From the NCBI GenBank assembly GCA_963674785.1, contig OY771555.1:416001-480000 (forward strand): a DNA stretch of 64,000 bases, read 5' to 3'. The DNA is from Caldisericia bacterium (GTDB lineage Bacteria; Caldisericota; Caldisericia; JAAYUI01). This document shows positions 38,292 through 47,604 of the stretch, piece after piece. Below the pieces are notes generated by a model. It was not told the DNA's origin. It made no database searches and saw only the letters and a program-made list of their open reading frames with translations. Each line of letters starts with the position of its first letter. Position 1 is the first letter of the stretch. Both the position numbers and the translations under genes were made by a program.

Positions 38292-39848
38292 ATGCAAAGG
38301 TTTTATCTAATAATCTGTTTCACAATTATTTTGGTGATTATTTTTTCTGTTTCTGTTTCAAGTGCAGAAAACAAAAACTCTGAAATAGGTTATCAGTTCA
38401 AGTTTGCAGGTATATCTGATAATGGTTTTTTTCAAATGAAATCCGATAAACTGGGAGTATCAGAGTTTAGGGATTTGGGAAGTGGAAGATTGATTGCAAG
38501 GATTCCCCACACGAAAGATTTCACACCATCAGTTTACGATAATAACAAGATTTTTCTGGGTTACGCAAAACAAGATGAACACTATATTTACAATTTTATG
38601 GATAGAAATGGAGTTGAAAGCAGCATAAAACGTAGGGCGGGACTTGAATATTTCACATCAAATAATGAAGAAATTGGTATCAAGATAGAATCTTTTGTGG
38701 CCGATAATAAAAATAAAGTCAAACTAACTGGTTCAGATGAAAATGGAGATATTGTTTGGCAAAAAGAATTCTTTGGGTCATGGGTGCAAGCAAAAGCTCC
38801 TCAGAATGATTTCGTGTATAAACATCATCTCTGGCTAACAAACTCATATGATAACTCGACAAAACTGGTAAACCCAGCTGATGGAGAGACACTTCTTGAG
38901 TTTGATTTCAGTATTCGAAATTTGCAAACCAATGGATATATAACGATTTTGTCTAGTGCTAATCTAACTGAACCACATCATTTAGCACTCAATATGGAAA
39001 ATCTGGAAACTGTCTGGACAAGCGGCAAACCAGAACCTTATCTGACATTCATAAACAGTGGCCAGCTGACAATCCTTTTTTACAGTACAGACCACAATTT
39101 TAATGAAGCAATGAAAGTTGAGGGCTTTGTTGTTGATAAAGACCATGGACTTAAGGAGTCATACACCTTCACAATTCCTGGATATGAAGCAGATCTCAGT
39201 CTTGTTTCCCCAAAAATGATTTATGATGCGGTAGGTCATTACATATGCCACACATCTGCCGACAAAAAACACATGGTTTTGAAAGATGCAAGATTTGATT
39301 TGAAACTACTTGAAATTGATGCAGACTACTATGCCTTGGGTGCAGTTTTCCACGAACACTATTTACTCTACCAGACTCTCACAAAATGTGGACTTATTGA
39401 TATAAACAAACTAGAACATGTCTGGAAATTTGATATTACACCATACCAGAGAAGAGTTGCTGAATTTGATGGACTTGAATACATCGAAGAGGTTGGAAAA
39501 ATCATCGTAAGGGACATCAAGTTTGACAGCTTGGAACCATATTTCTATGATATTTCAGGTTTAGGATATCCAGCTCGTGTTGCTTTTATCCCAACAAAAT
39601 TTGGCTTACTGCTGATCCCTAATTCAGGAAACAATAACTCATTCAATGAGATAACATTGATGAAACCAGGAATTGATAAACCAGTTTATTCTCACTATAT
39701 TCAATCAGGTTGGCTCAAAAGTTGGGAGCGAACTGAAGATGATGAAATCATCAAACTTATTTGGACATATCATGGCGATAAGATTGATGATGACACATGG
39801 TACTTGCATGTCCCAACGGGAATTCTTTCAACTGACCCACCAAAATAA
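38292..39848 (+). CDS. Secreted PQQ-like propeller protein, family B
   Basis: Start MQRFYLII after GGAG; FRDLGSGRLI; AEFDGLEYI...EPYFYDI...KPGIDKPVY...WYLHVPTG. Confidence 0.7.
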   Translation: MQRFYLIICFTIILVIIFSVSVSSAENKNSEIGYQFKFAGISDNGFFQMKSDKLGVSEFRDLGSGRLIARIPHTKDFTPSVYDNNKIFLGYAKQDEHYIYNFMDRNGVESSIKRRAGLEYFTSNNEEIGIKIESFVADNKNKVKLTGSDENGDIVWQKEFFGSWVQAKAPQNDFVYKHHLWLTNSYDNSTKLVNPADGETLLEFDFSIRNLQTNGYITILSSANLTEPHHLALNMENLETVWTSGKPEPYLTFINSGQLTILFYSTDHNFNEAMKVEGFVVDKDHGLKESYTFTIPGYEADLSLVSPKMIYDAVGHYICHTSADKKHMVLKDARFDLKLLEIDADYYALGAVFHEHYLLYQTLTKCGLIDINKLEHVWKFDITPYQRRVAEFDGLEYIEEVGKIIVRDIKFDSLEPYFYDISGLGYPARVAFIPTKFGLLLIPNSGNNNSFNEITLMKPGIDKPVYSHYIQSGWLKSWERTEDDEIIKLIWTYHGDKIDDDTWYLHVPTGILSTDPPK

Positions 39849-39860
39849 TTGCATCCGATC

Positions 39861-39894
39861 TTTCAACTTAAAGTATAGCTGTGGAGTACTTGTA
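39861..39894 (+). repeat. Intergenic direct repeat copy 1 (possible ECF-type promoter)
   Basis: tttcaacttaaagtatagctgtggagtacttgta; 32/34 identical to 41669-41702. Confidence 0.75.
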
Positions 39895-40006
39895 CAGAGG
39901 ATACAGGTTATGTGCGACAATCTCAGATTTAAATTTGGTGGAAGAAGATTTGGGAAATATAGAAATGGTTGAGTTTCACAAGGTACAGCAAAAAAGGTGG
40001 CAAACT

Positions 40007-41656
40007 ATGAGGGCAAGAGTGGTTACTGTTGTGATTATCGGTCTTGTTTTATTTTCTACAATTGGGATATTGTCTCTAAACGCTGATTCTAAAACAAGAA
40101 TCGAGAATCATTTCTATGGGTTCAGAGAGGTAAAATCATATTCTAATAATGCCTTAAAATGCTTTGTTTCTTATTCGGGTGAAAAATATCAGGTAAGAGA
40201 CGCAAAAACCTTTAGGTTACTAAGTTCAGGATTTTTGAAAAAGGAATCAGAGCAGGTAGCTGGATTGTTTGATGATTTCGTCATAATCTGGAATAAAACA
40301 GAACCAGTAGATTACCAGGAAAAACAGAAATTCACGTTCACCGATTTTGATGGGAATAGGACTAACCATGAATTTTACAGCAAACTCTCATATATTAGTC
40401 CAGGAGAGAATCCAATAATTATTTCTTCTCGATCTGGAAAAGATTTCAAAATTCACATTGAGGCTACTCAAAATGGAAAAACCACATGGGAGAAAGATGA
40501 TGCAACCTATATCAGTGAATTCAAGAATAATGAATGCCCAATGTGGACACAGACGACAAACCAAAATGTCAAGATATTAGATCCAGAGACCGGAGATACC
40601 CTTTATTCACTGAACAATGCTGAACTAACAGAAGAAATGAATAAGAAAATTACAGTTCTAAGAACAAATCGCGAAACACACTCAGATAAAGAAGTTGAAT
40701 TTGTGTTTATTGATAACACCAAAAAACAGGAATTCTACAGAATGAACGTGCAATATGATGATAGGTTTATTTTTCACTTTGATGATGAAAATGTATTTTT
40801 GTTCAAGCTTCCAGAATGGCAAGAAACACCACCGAAAAAGTTTGAATTACAAGTCACCTGTATAAATCTTCATGAGGGAGAGGTTTTAAATAGAAAGCTT
40901 GAAATTGATGATGTATCATCAACAAATAAATGGTCGCTGTCTAAATCAGACATCTTGGGATACACCCTTGCCTATTGGAATGGGGAATCTTCGAAGCTTC
41001 AACTCATTGATCTCAGAACAAACAACATTCTGTGGAAAAGCAAAAAACTTGGAACAACACATGAGCTGAAGTTTTTCGACCATTACCTGTATCTAGATGG
41101 AAAAACAAACATTTCATGCTTTGACATCAATAAAAAGAAGTATGTTTACTGTATAAAAAATGCATCAACTGGTGGATATGAAATTGTTGAGCACAAAGGT
41201 CTGGAGTATTTCATCTATAGGTTCCCAACTGATAAATCCGAGCTGTTTGATGTAGAAATAAAAGTTGCTGACAAGAGGACTGGCAACCTTGAACCTTTTG
41301 AATACAAAATAAAAGATGTTTTAAGCTCAACATATACTTTATTCGACATAATTCATCCCACAAAACATGGAGTCCTCCATATCCCAAGATTCATCAGATC
41401 AAAAAGAATATCCCTTTACAAACCAGGTGTAGATGAGCCTTACTATGAAACTGACCCAATCTTTTTTGAGAGAGCATTTGACGTAAACAGTGTTTCCTAT
41501 GTCAGAGATGGGGAGTTTTTGGAGCTTCGATGCTCAAAAAACTATAACAATCTAATCTCTGATGAGGATACAGTAAATATCTATCTAGAGATTGAAACGG
41601 GGAAGATTTTTGACAAGGAAAGATATGAAAGGGAGATCATCGGTGAGACAAAATAA
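40007..41656 (+). CDS. Secreted PQQ-like propeller protein, family B
   Basis: Start MRARVVTVV after AGGTGG; VRDAKTFRLL; EHKGLEYF...EPFEYKI...PTKHGVL..P...KPGVDEPYY...YLEIETG. Confidence 0.7.
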   Translation: MRARVVTVVIIGLVLFSTIGILSLNADSKTRIENHFYGFREVKSYSNNALKCFVSYSGEKYQVRDAKTFRLLSSGFLKKESEQVAGLFDDFVIIWNKTEPVDYQEKQKFTFTDFDGNRTNHEFYSKLSYISPGENPIIISSRSGKDFKIHIEATQNGKTTWEKDDATYISEFKNNECPMWTQTTNQNVKILDPETGDTLYSLNNAELTEEMNKKITVLRTNRETHSDKEVEFVFIDNTKKQEFYRMNVQYDDRFIFHFDDENVFLFKLPEWQETPPKKFELQVTCINLHEGEVLNRKLEIDDVSSTNKWSLSKSDILGYTLAYWNGESSKLQLIDLRTNNILWKSKKLGTTHELKFFDHYLYLDGKTNISCFDINKKKYVYCIKNASTGGYEIVEHKGLEYFIYRFPTDKSELFDVEIKVADKRTGNLEPFEYKIKDVLSSTYTLFDIIHPTKHGVLHIPRFIRSKRISLYKPGVDEPYYETDPIFFERAFDVNSVSYVRDGEFLELRCSKNYNNLISDEDTVNIYLEIETGKIFDKERYEREIIGETK

Positions 41657-41668
41657 CTCCACCCGTTT

Positions 41669-41702
41669 TTTCAACTTAAAGTGTAGCTGCGGAGTACTTG
41701 TA
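41669..41702 (+). repeat. Intergenic direct repeat copy 2
   Basis: tttcaacttaaagtgtagctgcggagtacttgta. Confidence 0.75.
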
Positions 41703-41717
41703 AAAGAGAGGTGAAAT

Positions 41718-43415
41718 ATGGAGATGCATTACAAAAAAGCATTGATTGTCGCAATTAGTCTTTTGATTATTGCGGTTTTCTTTTTCCCTTTTTCTGGAGC
41801 AGATAGCCACACTAGTAATCAAACAATCTTTCCCCCAGAAGAGATTGCAAAATATTTCTATCCAAAAACTTACAGTATTCCATATTCTCTTCCAAACATC
41901 TGTTTTCAAATTGGGAATAGTATACATGTTAGAGATTGTGAAACTGGAATGACAAAGAATATATTCAATTTAAAAGATAATGAGTTTCAAATCCTTTTTG
42001 ATGAAAAATCAGTTTTTACCTATCAGCATGAGAAGGGTTATGATCAGAAAAAACAGAAATTCAGAAAAATTGATTACGATGGGTTGGTCGAAGAGTTTGA
42101 GATAAACTATGTCGACTTCAAAATCACCGGTGAAGAGAGGATAGATTATCGATACAAAATTTCCGATAACCAACTATATCAGTTAGTGATAAAGAAAACT
42201 ATAACTGAAATCTCCCCCTGGGAGGAGGAGATCAAAAGTGTGTTGTATGTTGATTCAAAAGATGGAGTGCTTTGGGAAAAAACAGCCGAAGATGGACATG
42301 AGTTTTTCTTTGGGAAAGGAGACCTGATACAGGGTTTAGATATTGTTTATGTAACCAACGCATCCAAATCATCTGAAGGATATAAAGAAGAAATAGTAGC
42401 TTTTGATTTATTGACAGGTCAGGAATTATTCAGAAGAGAGGGTATGTTTGTCATGCATACATCATGGCACCAGTGGAAGACAAGTTTTTTATACATTCAA
42501 CCTGAGATAAACAATATCGATAAAACTGAGATAATAAATAGTAAAACTGGAGAATTGTTGTATAGTGGAGATAGGTCATACTACCCGTACTTTCTGGATG
42601 ACATAATCTGGATAACAACAGCTTCCCAAAGCAACTGGTATAAGTACGATGAATCAGACCCTATCAAAATCTTAAAGATAGATATGTCCGGTGAAGTACT
42701 AGAAAAAATTGATTTCAATCCAAAAACACCAGGAAGGTCATACAATAACTGCAAGATAATCTCAGAGAATATTGCGATGATGGTTGACAGTAGACAAACC
42801 AGATTTTTCAACTTCCGATCCAATCAGCAACTCTATGTTTACCCAAGAAAAATAAATAATGCATATATTCATGACTCACTAATAATCTGTCAGGATGATT
42901 ACAGACTTTTTGCACTTGATAAGCTCACATTCGACCTTGTCTGGGAATTGGAAATAGTTGAGTCATACAAAGTAGATATTGTTGAATCGGATTCTCAATA
43001 CTTACTCGGTTACAAATATCAAAACATCAACTCAGAATGTATTGAAAGATCTGATTATCCAGAATGCAAAACATTGAGAATCAAAGCTATAAATAAAGCT
43101 GACATGTCAGTTGAGCCATATGAATACAGGATTAACCCATGCATATTTGATATGGATGACATCGTCTTTTCTCCGTATGGTCTTTTGTTTATTGGCAGAG
43201 AGACTCTGAGTCTGTATCGACCTGAAAACATCAAGGTTTATGAGGTCAGATTAATCGGAGAGATAATAGAACATAAAATCACTGATGACCCGAGATATAT
43301 TGAAATCACATATCTTTATTCAAAATCCAATAATGAATATAAAACTGTGATTTTTGATGTTGAGATGGGGACGTGGGAAAAGAAAACACTCGAATCCTCA
43401 GAATCTCAAAAATGA
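41718..43415 (+). CDS. Secreted PQQ-like propeller protein, family B (divergent)
   Basis: Signal peptide; VRDCETG, AFDLLTGQELFR, ALDKLTFDLVWE, EPYEYRI...SPYGLL. Confidence 0.7.
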   Translation: MEMHYKKALIVAISLLIIAVFFFPFSGADSHTSNQTIFPPEEIAKYFYPKTYSIPYSLPNICFQIGNSIHVRDCETGMTKNIFNLKDNEFQILFDEKSVFTYQHEKGYDQKKQKFRKIDYDGLVEEFEINYVDFKITGEERIDYRYKISDNQLYQLVIKKTITEISPWEEEIKSVLYVDSKDGVLWEKTAEDGHEFFFGKGDLIQGLDIVYVTNASKSSEGYKEEIVAFDLLTGQELFRREGMFVMHTSWHQWKTSFLYIQPEINNIDKTEIINSKTGELLYSGDRSYYPYFLDDIIWITTASQSNWYKYDESDPIKILKIDMSGEVLEKIDFNPKTPGRSYNNCKIISENIAMMVDSRQTRFFNFRSNQQLYVYPRKINNAYIHDSLIICQDDYRLFALDKLTFDLVWELEIVESYKVDIVESDSQYLLGYKYQNINSECIERSDYPECKTLRIKAINKADMSVEPYEYRINPCIFDMDDIVFSPYGLLFIGRETLSLYRPENIKVYEVRLIGEIIEHKITDDPRYIEITYLYSKSNNEYKTVIFDVEMGTWEKKTLESSESQK

Positions 43416-43430
43416 TTTGAATAAGAAAGT

Positions 43431-43463
43431 GCACCTCAAACATTAAAAACATGCTTGAGGTGC
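43431..43463. terminator. Hairpin between convergent genes
   Basis: gcacctcaa...ttgaggtgc stem. Confidence 0.65.
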
Positions 43464-43482
43464 CCAGAACTTATGCCAAAAT

Positions 43483-44268
43483 CTAAATTCTTCTAGTCAG
43501 TGCACTTTTTGTTGCATATGCTGCAACCGCAATCAATCCAAAGGCAAGCGGCCAGGTGATGTCAATAATTCCACCAGTTTTATATGTTCCAGTATTCATC
43601 AAAATATTAAAGAATTGATCACCAATAAAGTACAAAATAAATCCAGCAATCATAATCCAAAGCTGGTTTCCGATGATCCCACCAAGCAGTGATGATGCAA
43701 GCAAAACCGTAAAGAAAACCAACAAAGGATCCAAAATTGCATATAGATAGGTAACAATAATGCCAAGCTGTGTTATCTCTTCACCAGCCTGTGCAGCAAG
43801 TACTAGACCTGTTTTTGACAGTGAAATTGCCCAGAACAATGCAAGCCCAAGAATCACAAGCGAGACAATCCATCCCCACATTGGGACTTCAGATTTAAGC
43901 GATTTCCAAAGGAAATAGATACCTATCATCACGAATACCGCAAGTAGCATGAAAAAAATATCCGTGTAGAAAGGAAACGGAACAGTCTGTTTTGTTATTA
44001 GCTCATAGAGGAAATAAATTATCTGGCCAATTCCCCACGAAAGTACACCAAGCCCAATAAACATCCAACCTGTTCTGCTTGAATCACCTCTGTCGAAGAC
44101 ATTCATTGTGATAAAGCAGAAGATTGCTGAGATGAAAGCTGCCAGCATCTGGACAATATTACTGTATGTTGCAATCACAGATCCAGACGTTTCCATTGCC
44201 CCAAAGAGCAACAGAAGCAAAAGGGGGATAGCCCACAAAAACAGCATAACAATCGAAGATAAGTTCAT
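43483..44268 (-). CDS. Stand-alone 7-8 TM sensor-like membrane protein
   Basis: About eight hydrophobic segments. 'RTGWMFIGLGVLSWGIGQIIYFLYE...PFPFYTDIFF' resembles the membrane input domain of GGDEF/histidine-kinase proteins, but there is no output domain. Confidence 0.65.
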   Translation of the reverse strand: MNLSSIVMLFLWAIPLLLLLLFGAMETSGSVIATYSNIVQMLAAFISAIFCFITMNVFDRGDSSRTGWMFIGLGVLSWGIGQIIYFLYELITKQTVPFPFYTDIFFMLLAVFVMIGIYFLWKSLKSEVPMWGWIVSLVILGLALFWAISLSKTGLVLAAQAGEEITQLGIIVTYLYAILDPLLVFFTVLLASSLLGGIIGNQLWIMIAGFILYFIGDQFFNILMNTGTYKTGGIIDITWPLAFGLIAVAAYATKSALTRRI

Positions 44269-44286
44269 TTTATTTCCTTTCTTTAT

Positions 44287-45060
44287 CTATTTTTCAAGAT
44301 ATTCAATATCGCTTCTCATTTTAAAATGGAGGTCTTTCTTTGCCTTCTCAATCACCTTTGAAACAAACGTTTTTGAAACAACTCCATTTAATGCTTCATT
44401 CAACCCGATAAACCGCCTCTTTATATCATCTATAGCGATACAGGCAGGATACTCTTCGGCTCTTTCAATGATGCTTTTTGTAAGCTTATCGCACATCCCT
44501 TGCCCAAAGAGGCTTTTTACGCCAAGCAAAATATTTTTTTCGTATGCCTCAAGAGATGCAATAAGAGTCTCATCAAAAGAGCAAGAAATCCTTCCGATTC
44601 CAACTGCATATAACAAAACTGTTATACTGCTGGAAAAGAGCTTGCCACCTGAATAGAGATCTGATAATCTTCCACCTGTTCTCATCTCAACAGGCAAAAG
44701 TGATTGATTTATTGTCGAATCAAAAGTCATTGGGCTTTCGGTTGTCTTAAAATAAAGAAAATCGAAAAATGGAACTCTACCCATAAAACGCTCATCCAAT
44801 CCAGAAACTACCTCAAGAAGGGTCTTATTATAATCAAACTCATCTTCGTTTCCCGCTTTGCCTTCGGATAAATCAAAAATACTCGCCAAAAGAATTTCCT
44901 TCAGTTTTTCAGGATCAGAGCATGTTTTGACAACTCCACTTTTTAACCCGACTGACACACCATTATTAAAAAGAATTGAGCCTGAATAAAGATTAGTGGC
45001 ATGTCTTCCTACAATCTGCAATCCAATTGTGTCTTTACATTCCATATACACATAGTACAT
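44287..45060 (-). CDS. Hypothetical cytoplasmic protein, possibly a remote DUF4388-like protein
   Basis: 257-aa ORF; 'YSGSILFNNGVSVGLKSGVV' loosely echoes the SG-x-L...F-x-x-G DUF4388 pattern. Confidence 0.5.
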   Translation of the reverse strand: MYYVYMECKDTIGLQIVGRHATNLYSGSILFNNGVSVGLKSGVVKTCSDPEKLKEILLASIFDLSEGKAGNEDEFDYNKTLLEVVSGLDERFMGRVPFFDFLYFKTTESPMTFDSTINQSLLPVEMRTGGRLSDLYSGGKLFSSSITVLLYAVGIGRISCSFDETLIASLEAYEKNILLGVKSLFGQGMCDKLTKSIIERAEEYPACIAIDDIKRRFIGLNEALNGVVSKTFVSKVIEKAKKDLHFKMRSDIEYLEK

Positions 45061-45140
45061 AGATTGTCTATATTGTCAAATAGTTAACTCATTATAATTA
45101 AGAATTATTAATTATAATCTAGCTGACTTTTTAACTAAAT

Positions 45141-45168
45141 CTGCCCAGTGCAATACTACACTGGGCAG
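45141..45168. terminator. Intrinsic terminator hairpin
   Basis: Perfect 10-bp stem ctgcccagtg/cactgggcag downstream of the minus-strand gene ending at 45189. Confidence 0.7.
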
Positions 45169-45188
45169 CAAAAACTGAAATCGATTTT

Positions 45189-47417
45189 CTACTTCAAAAG
45201 TTTTTCAAACTCCTCACTAAACTCAGTTTCAAGTTCTGGGCTAAATCCAACTTTTGTGAAGGCTTTTTGGCCTTTTGAATCAAGGATGACAAAATGAGGA
45301 ATTCCACCAATTCTGAAGACATCTGTAAGTCTTTCCTCGGTATCAACAAGAACAGTCCATGGAATCTCGTGTTCTTCCACCATCCCCTGAGCTGTTTCCA
45401 TGTCTTCTCCTTTATCAACAGAAATTATTGTGACTTTGTCTTTGTATTTTTCATGAAGTGCTTTGAGTGCCGGAAGTGCTCTAATGCACCACACACACCA
45501 TGAAGCTGTAAAATCAAGTAATACTGGTTTCCCAAGATAATCATCAATCTTGTGAGTGTTGCCTTCTGTGTCTGTGAATTCGTAGCCACCAAACTTGCAA
45601 AGGGGATTTGTATAATCAATAGTTATTATTTTTTTGTCAGCATTCCAGCCCACAAAAAAGCCAAGAGATTCAGATATAAACCTGAGTGGAAGCATGGTTC
45701 TTCCGTTTTCGATGAACGGGACAACCTCATCATTTCCATCTTCTATCTTTGCATCATTGCCATTTACTACAGCATCGGGTTTTCCAATCCAAAGCTTTAT
45801 TTTATCTCCAACAATACCTGTGATTTCAACCGCTCTTTCATCCTCAATCCAGGAAAGCTCAGCTCCAGCTTTTTCAAGGATACTTCTAATCTCAACAAAT
45901 GTTCTGTCACTATTTATCATTGGTGCAGAGTCAAGGTTCTTTTCAATCGAAATCCCGTTTGTTGCCCAGCTTTTGTTTCCAATCTGCAGATACATTTTGT
46001 GGGTGCACTCAGAATCATTCATCTCAGTCAAAATATCTGAAAGATCCCCAGAGACCATCTCTTCATCATACTGATACCTCACCAAAGGTCTTGTGTTTTC
46101 TACAGTATCTTGAAATGTATATATCCCATATTTAGAAAACGCCAGAGATTCCCTTGAGGAAATCCTTATGTCTCTATCCAGCCAGGAAAGCTCACCACTT
46201 TTCAGATCAATTTTTCCGAGATAGAAACTATTCCCCTTATCTGAAACTGGGAGATAGGCATAATCATTTGTGGCGTAAACATTTGAATGAAAAATGAGAT
46301 TAACATTTTGTATTGAATTGAGATGTTTCAAATCAGACCTGTTAAAAATCTGTACTCTTTCCTTTTGGACAAGCACAATGTACTGGTGGTTTACAGCAAA
46401 CTCTGCATCATAATATGAAAATTCAGAGTCAAGCTGGACTTTTTCGGTTATTTCTGTTTCCATATCATAACAAACAAGCTCGACAATCTCTGTTTCAATA
46501 TCCTCGATTGTCAGATAAAGCTTTTCTTCAAAGAAACACATGTTGTCTCCCTCGTGGAATTTGCCCTCTTCACCAAGAAGAGTTTTTGGGTTTCCATCTG
46601 CATCAATCTCGAGAAGCTTGTTTGCACCATCGTTCAAATCAAACACCCCATAGACTTTGTCTTGATATGTGTAGATGAACGGGAAAATCCCGCTGAGATC
46701 AAGGTCTTTATCATACTCAACCTTGCCTGTAAGCTCAAAATTCTCAAGCGAATAAATAAGGATTCCCTCTGATGCCATGCCTTCGGGATCACCTAAAACA
46801 TACTTAGAAAACATCTTGCCATCCATAACCACAGGAGGAAGAAGATAACCCCAATAGTTGCCCTCTGAATTATCAACCTCCAGTGAGTTATACAAATCCT
46901 GCCTCGCAAGCTCTCTTCCAAATTTCACATCAAAAATATGGATGCCGGTTGAAAGGTCTGTGTAGAATAGATTATCTCCGTCAACTGTGAGAACAAAGGG
47001 TCTACCTTCTCCAATCACAGTAGACCATTTTTCTGTAAGTTTCTCAGAATCCAGACACTTGATAATGTACTGGTCTTTGGTCTCTGATTCTTCACCAACA
47101 TCTTTTCCAACAACAAAAAGAAAACCATTCTGTTCAACAATATTTGCGTATCCTGTTTTGAAGTCTTGATCAATGAACTCAGCTTTTTTTGTTGGCCTTG
47201 AAAGGGTTTCGTCACAATCAATGATTCCTGGTGGGATATAACCAGTTCCGTCAAAACCGCCACGCCAGGTTGGGAATGAAAACTCATCATCACCATAAAG
47301 AGTGGGCGCTGGATCATTTGCAGTAATTGCAACTGCAAATCCTGCAATATTCACATTGAATGTGAAAAAAAGCATCGTGATAAGTGCCACTGTAATCAGA
47401 ATTCTAACCTTACTCAT
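45189..47417 (-). CDS. Secreted PQQ-like propeller + copper amine oxidase N domain + TlpA-like thioredoxin
   Basis: Start MSKVRIL after GGAGG; PTWRGG, PFIENGRTMLPLRFISESLG, 'GKPVLLDFTASWCVWC', GIPHFVILD. Confidence 0.8.
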   Translation of the reverse strand: MSKVRILITVALITMLFFTFNVNIAGFAVAITANDPAPTLYGDDEFSFPTWRGGFDGTGYIPPGIIDCDETLSRPTKKAEFIDQDFKTGYANIVEQNGFLFVVGKDVGEESETKDQYIIKCLDSEKLTEKWSTVIGEGRPFVLTVDGDNLFYTDLSTGIHIFDVKFGRELARQDLYNSLEVDNSEGNYWGYLLPPVVMDGKMFSKYVLGDPEGMASEGILIYSLENFELTGKVEYDKDLDLSGIFPFIYTYQDKVYGVFDLNDGANKLLEIDADGNPKTLLGEEGKFHEGDNMCFFEEKLYLTIEDIETEIVELVCYDMETEITEKVQLDSEFSYYDAEFAVNHQYIVLVQKERVQIFNRSDLKHLNSIQNVNLIFHSNVYATNDYAYLPVSDKGNSFYLGKIDLKSGELSWLDRDIRISSRESLAFSKYGIYTFQDTVENTRPLVRYQYDEEMVSGDLSDILTEMNDSECTHKMYLQIGNKSWATNGISIEKNLDSAPMINSDRTFVEIRSILEKAGAELSWIEDERAVEITGIVGDKIKLWIGKPDAVVNGNDAKIEDGNDEVVPFIENGRTMLPLRFISESLGFFVGWNADKKIITIDYTNPLCKFGGYEFTDTEGNTHKIDDYLGKPVLLDFTASWCVWCIRALPALKALHEKYKDKVTIISVDKGEDMETAQGMVEEHEIPWTVLVDTEERLTDVFRIGGIPHFVILDSKGQKAFTKVGFSPELETEFSEEFEKLLK

Positions 47418-47604
47418 ATTCAAATCCTCCGAAATTGGATTGCAATACTTCAAATATACGCACAGGTCACTCTTGTTCAATCTCAATTACAGAGTAATTC
47501 AGATTAAGATTGGACTACCAAAATATTCTGAAGATATTGGGAGTATTTGCATTAACACTGATGTGTTCATATAATCAACTCAAAGAGTTTGATGGAGGAT
47601 AATC

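Noticed and set aside
39861-41702. CRISPR repeats or integron attC sites
   Set aside because: Only two copies 1.8 kb apart, no cas or integrase genes, and no attC-type dyad with RYYYAAC/GTTRRRY ends.
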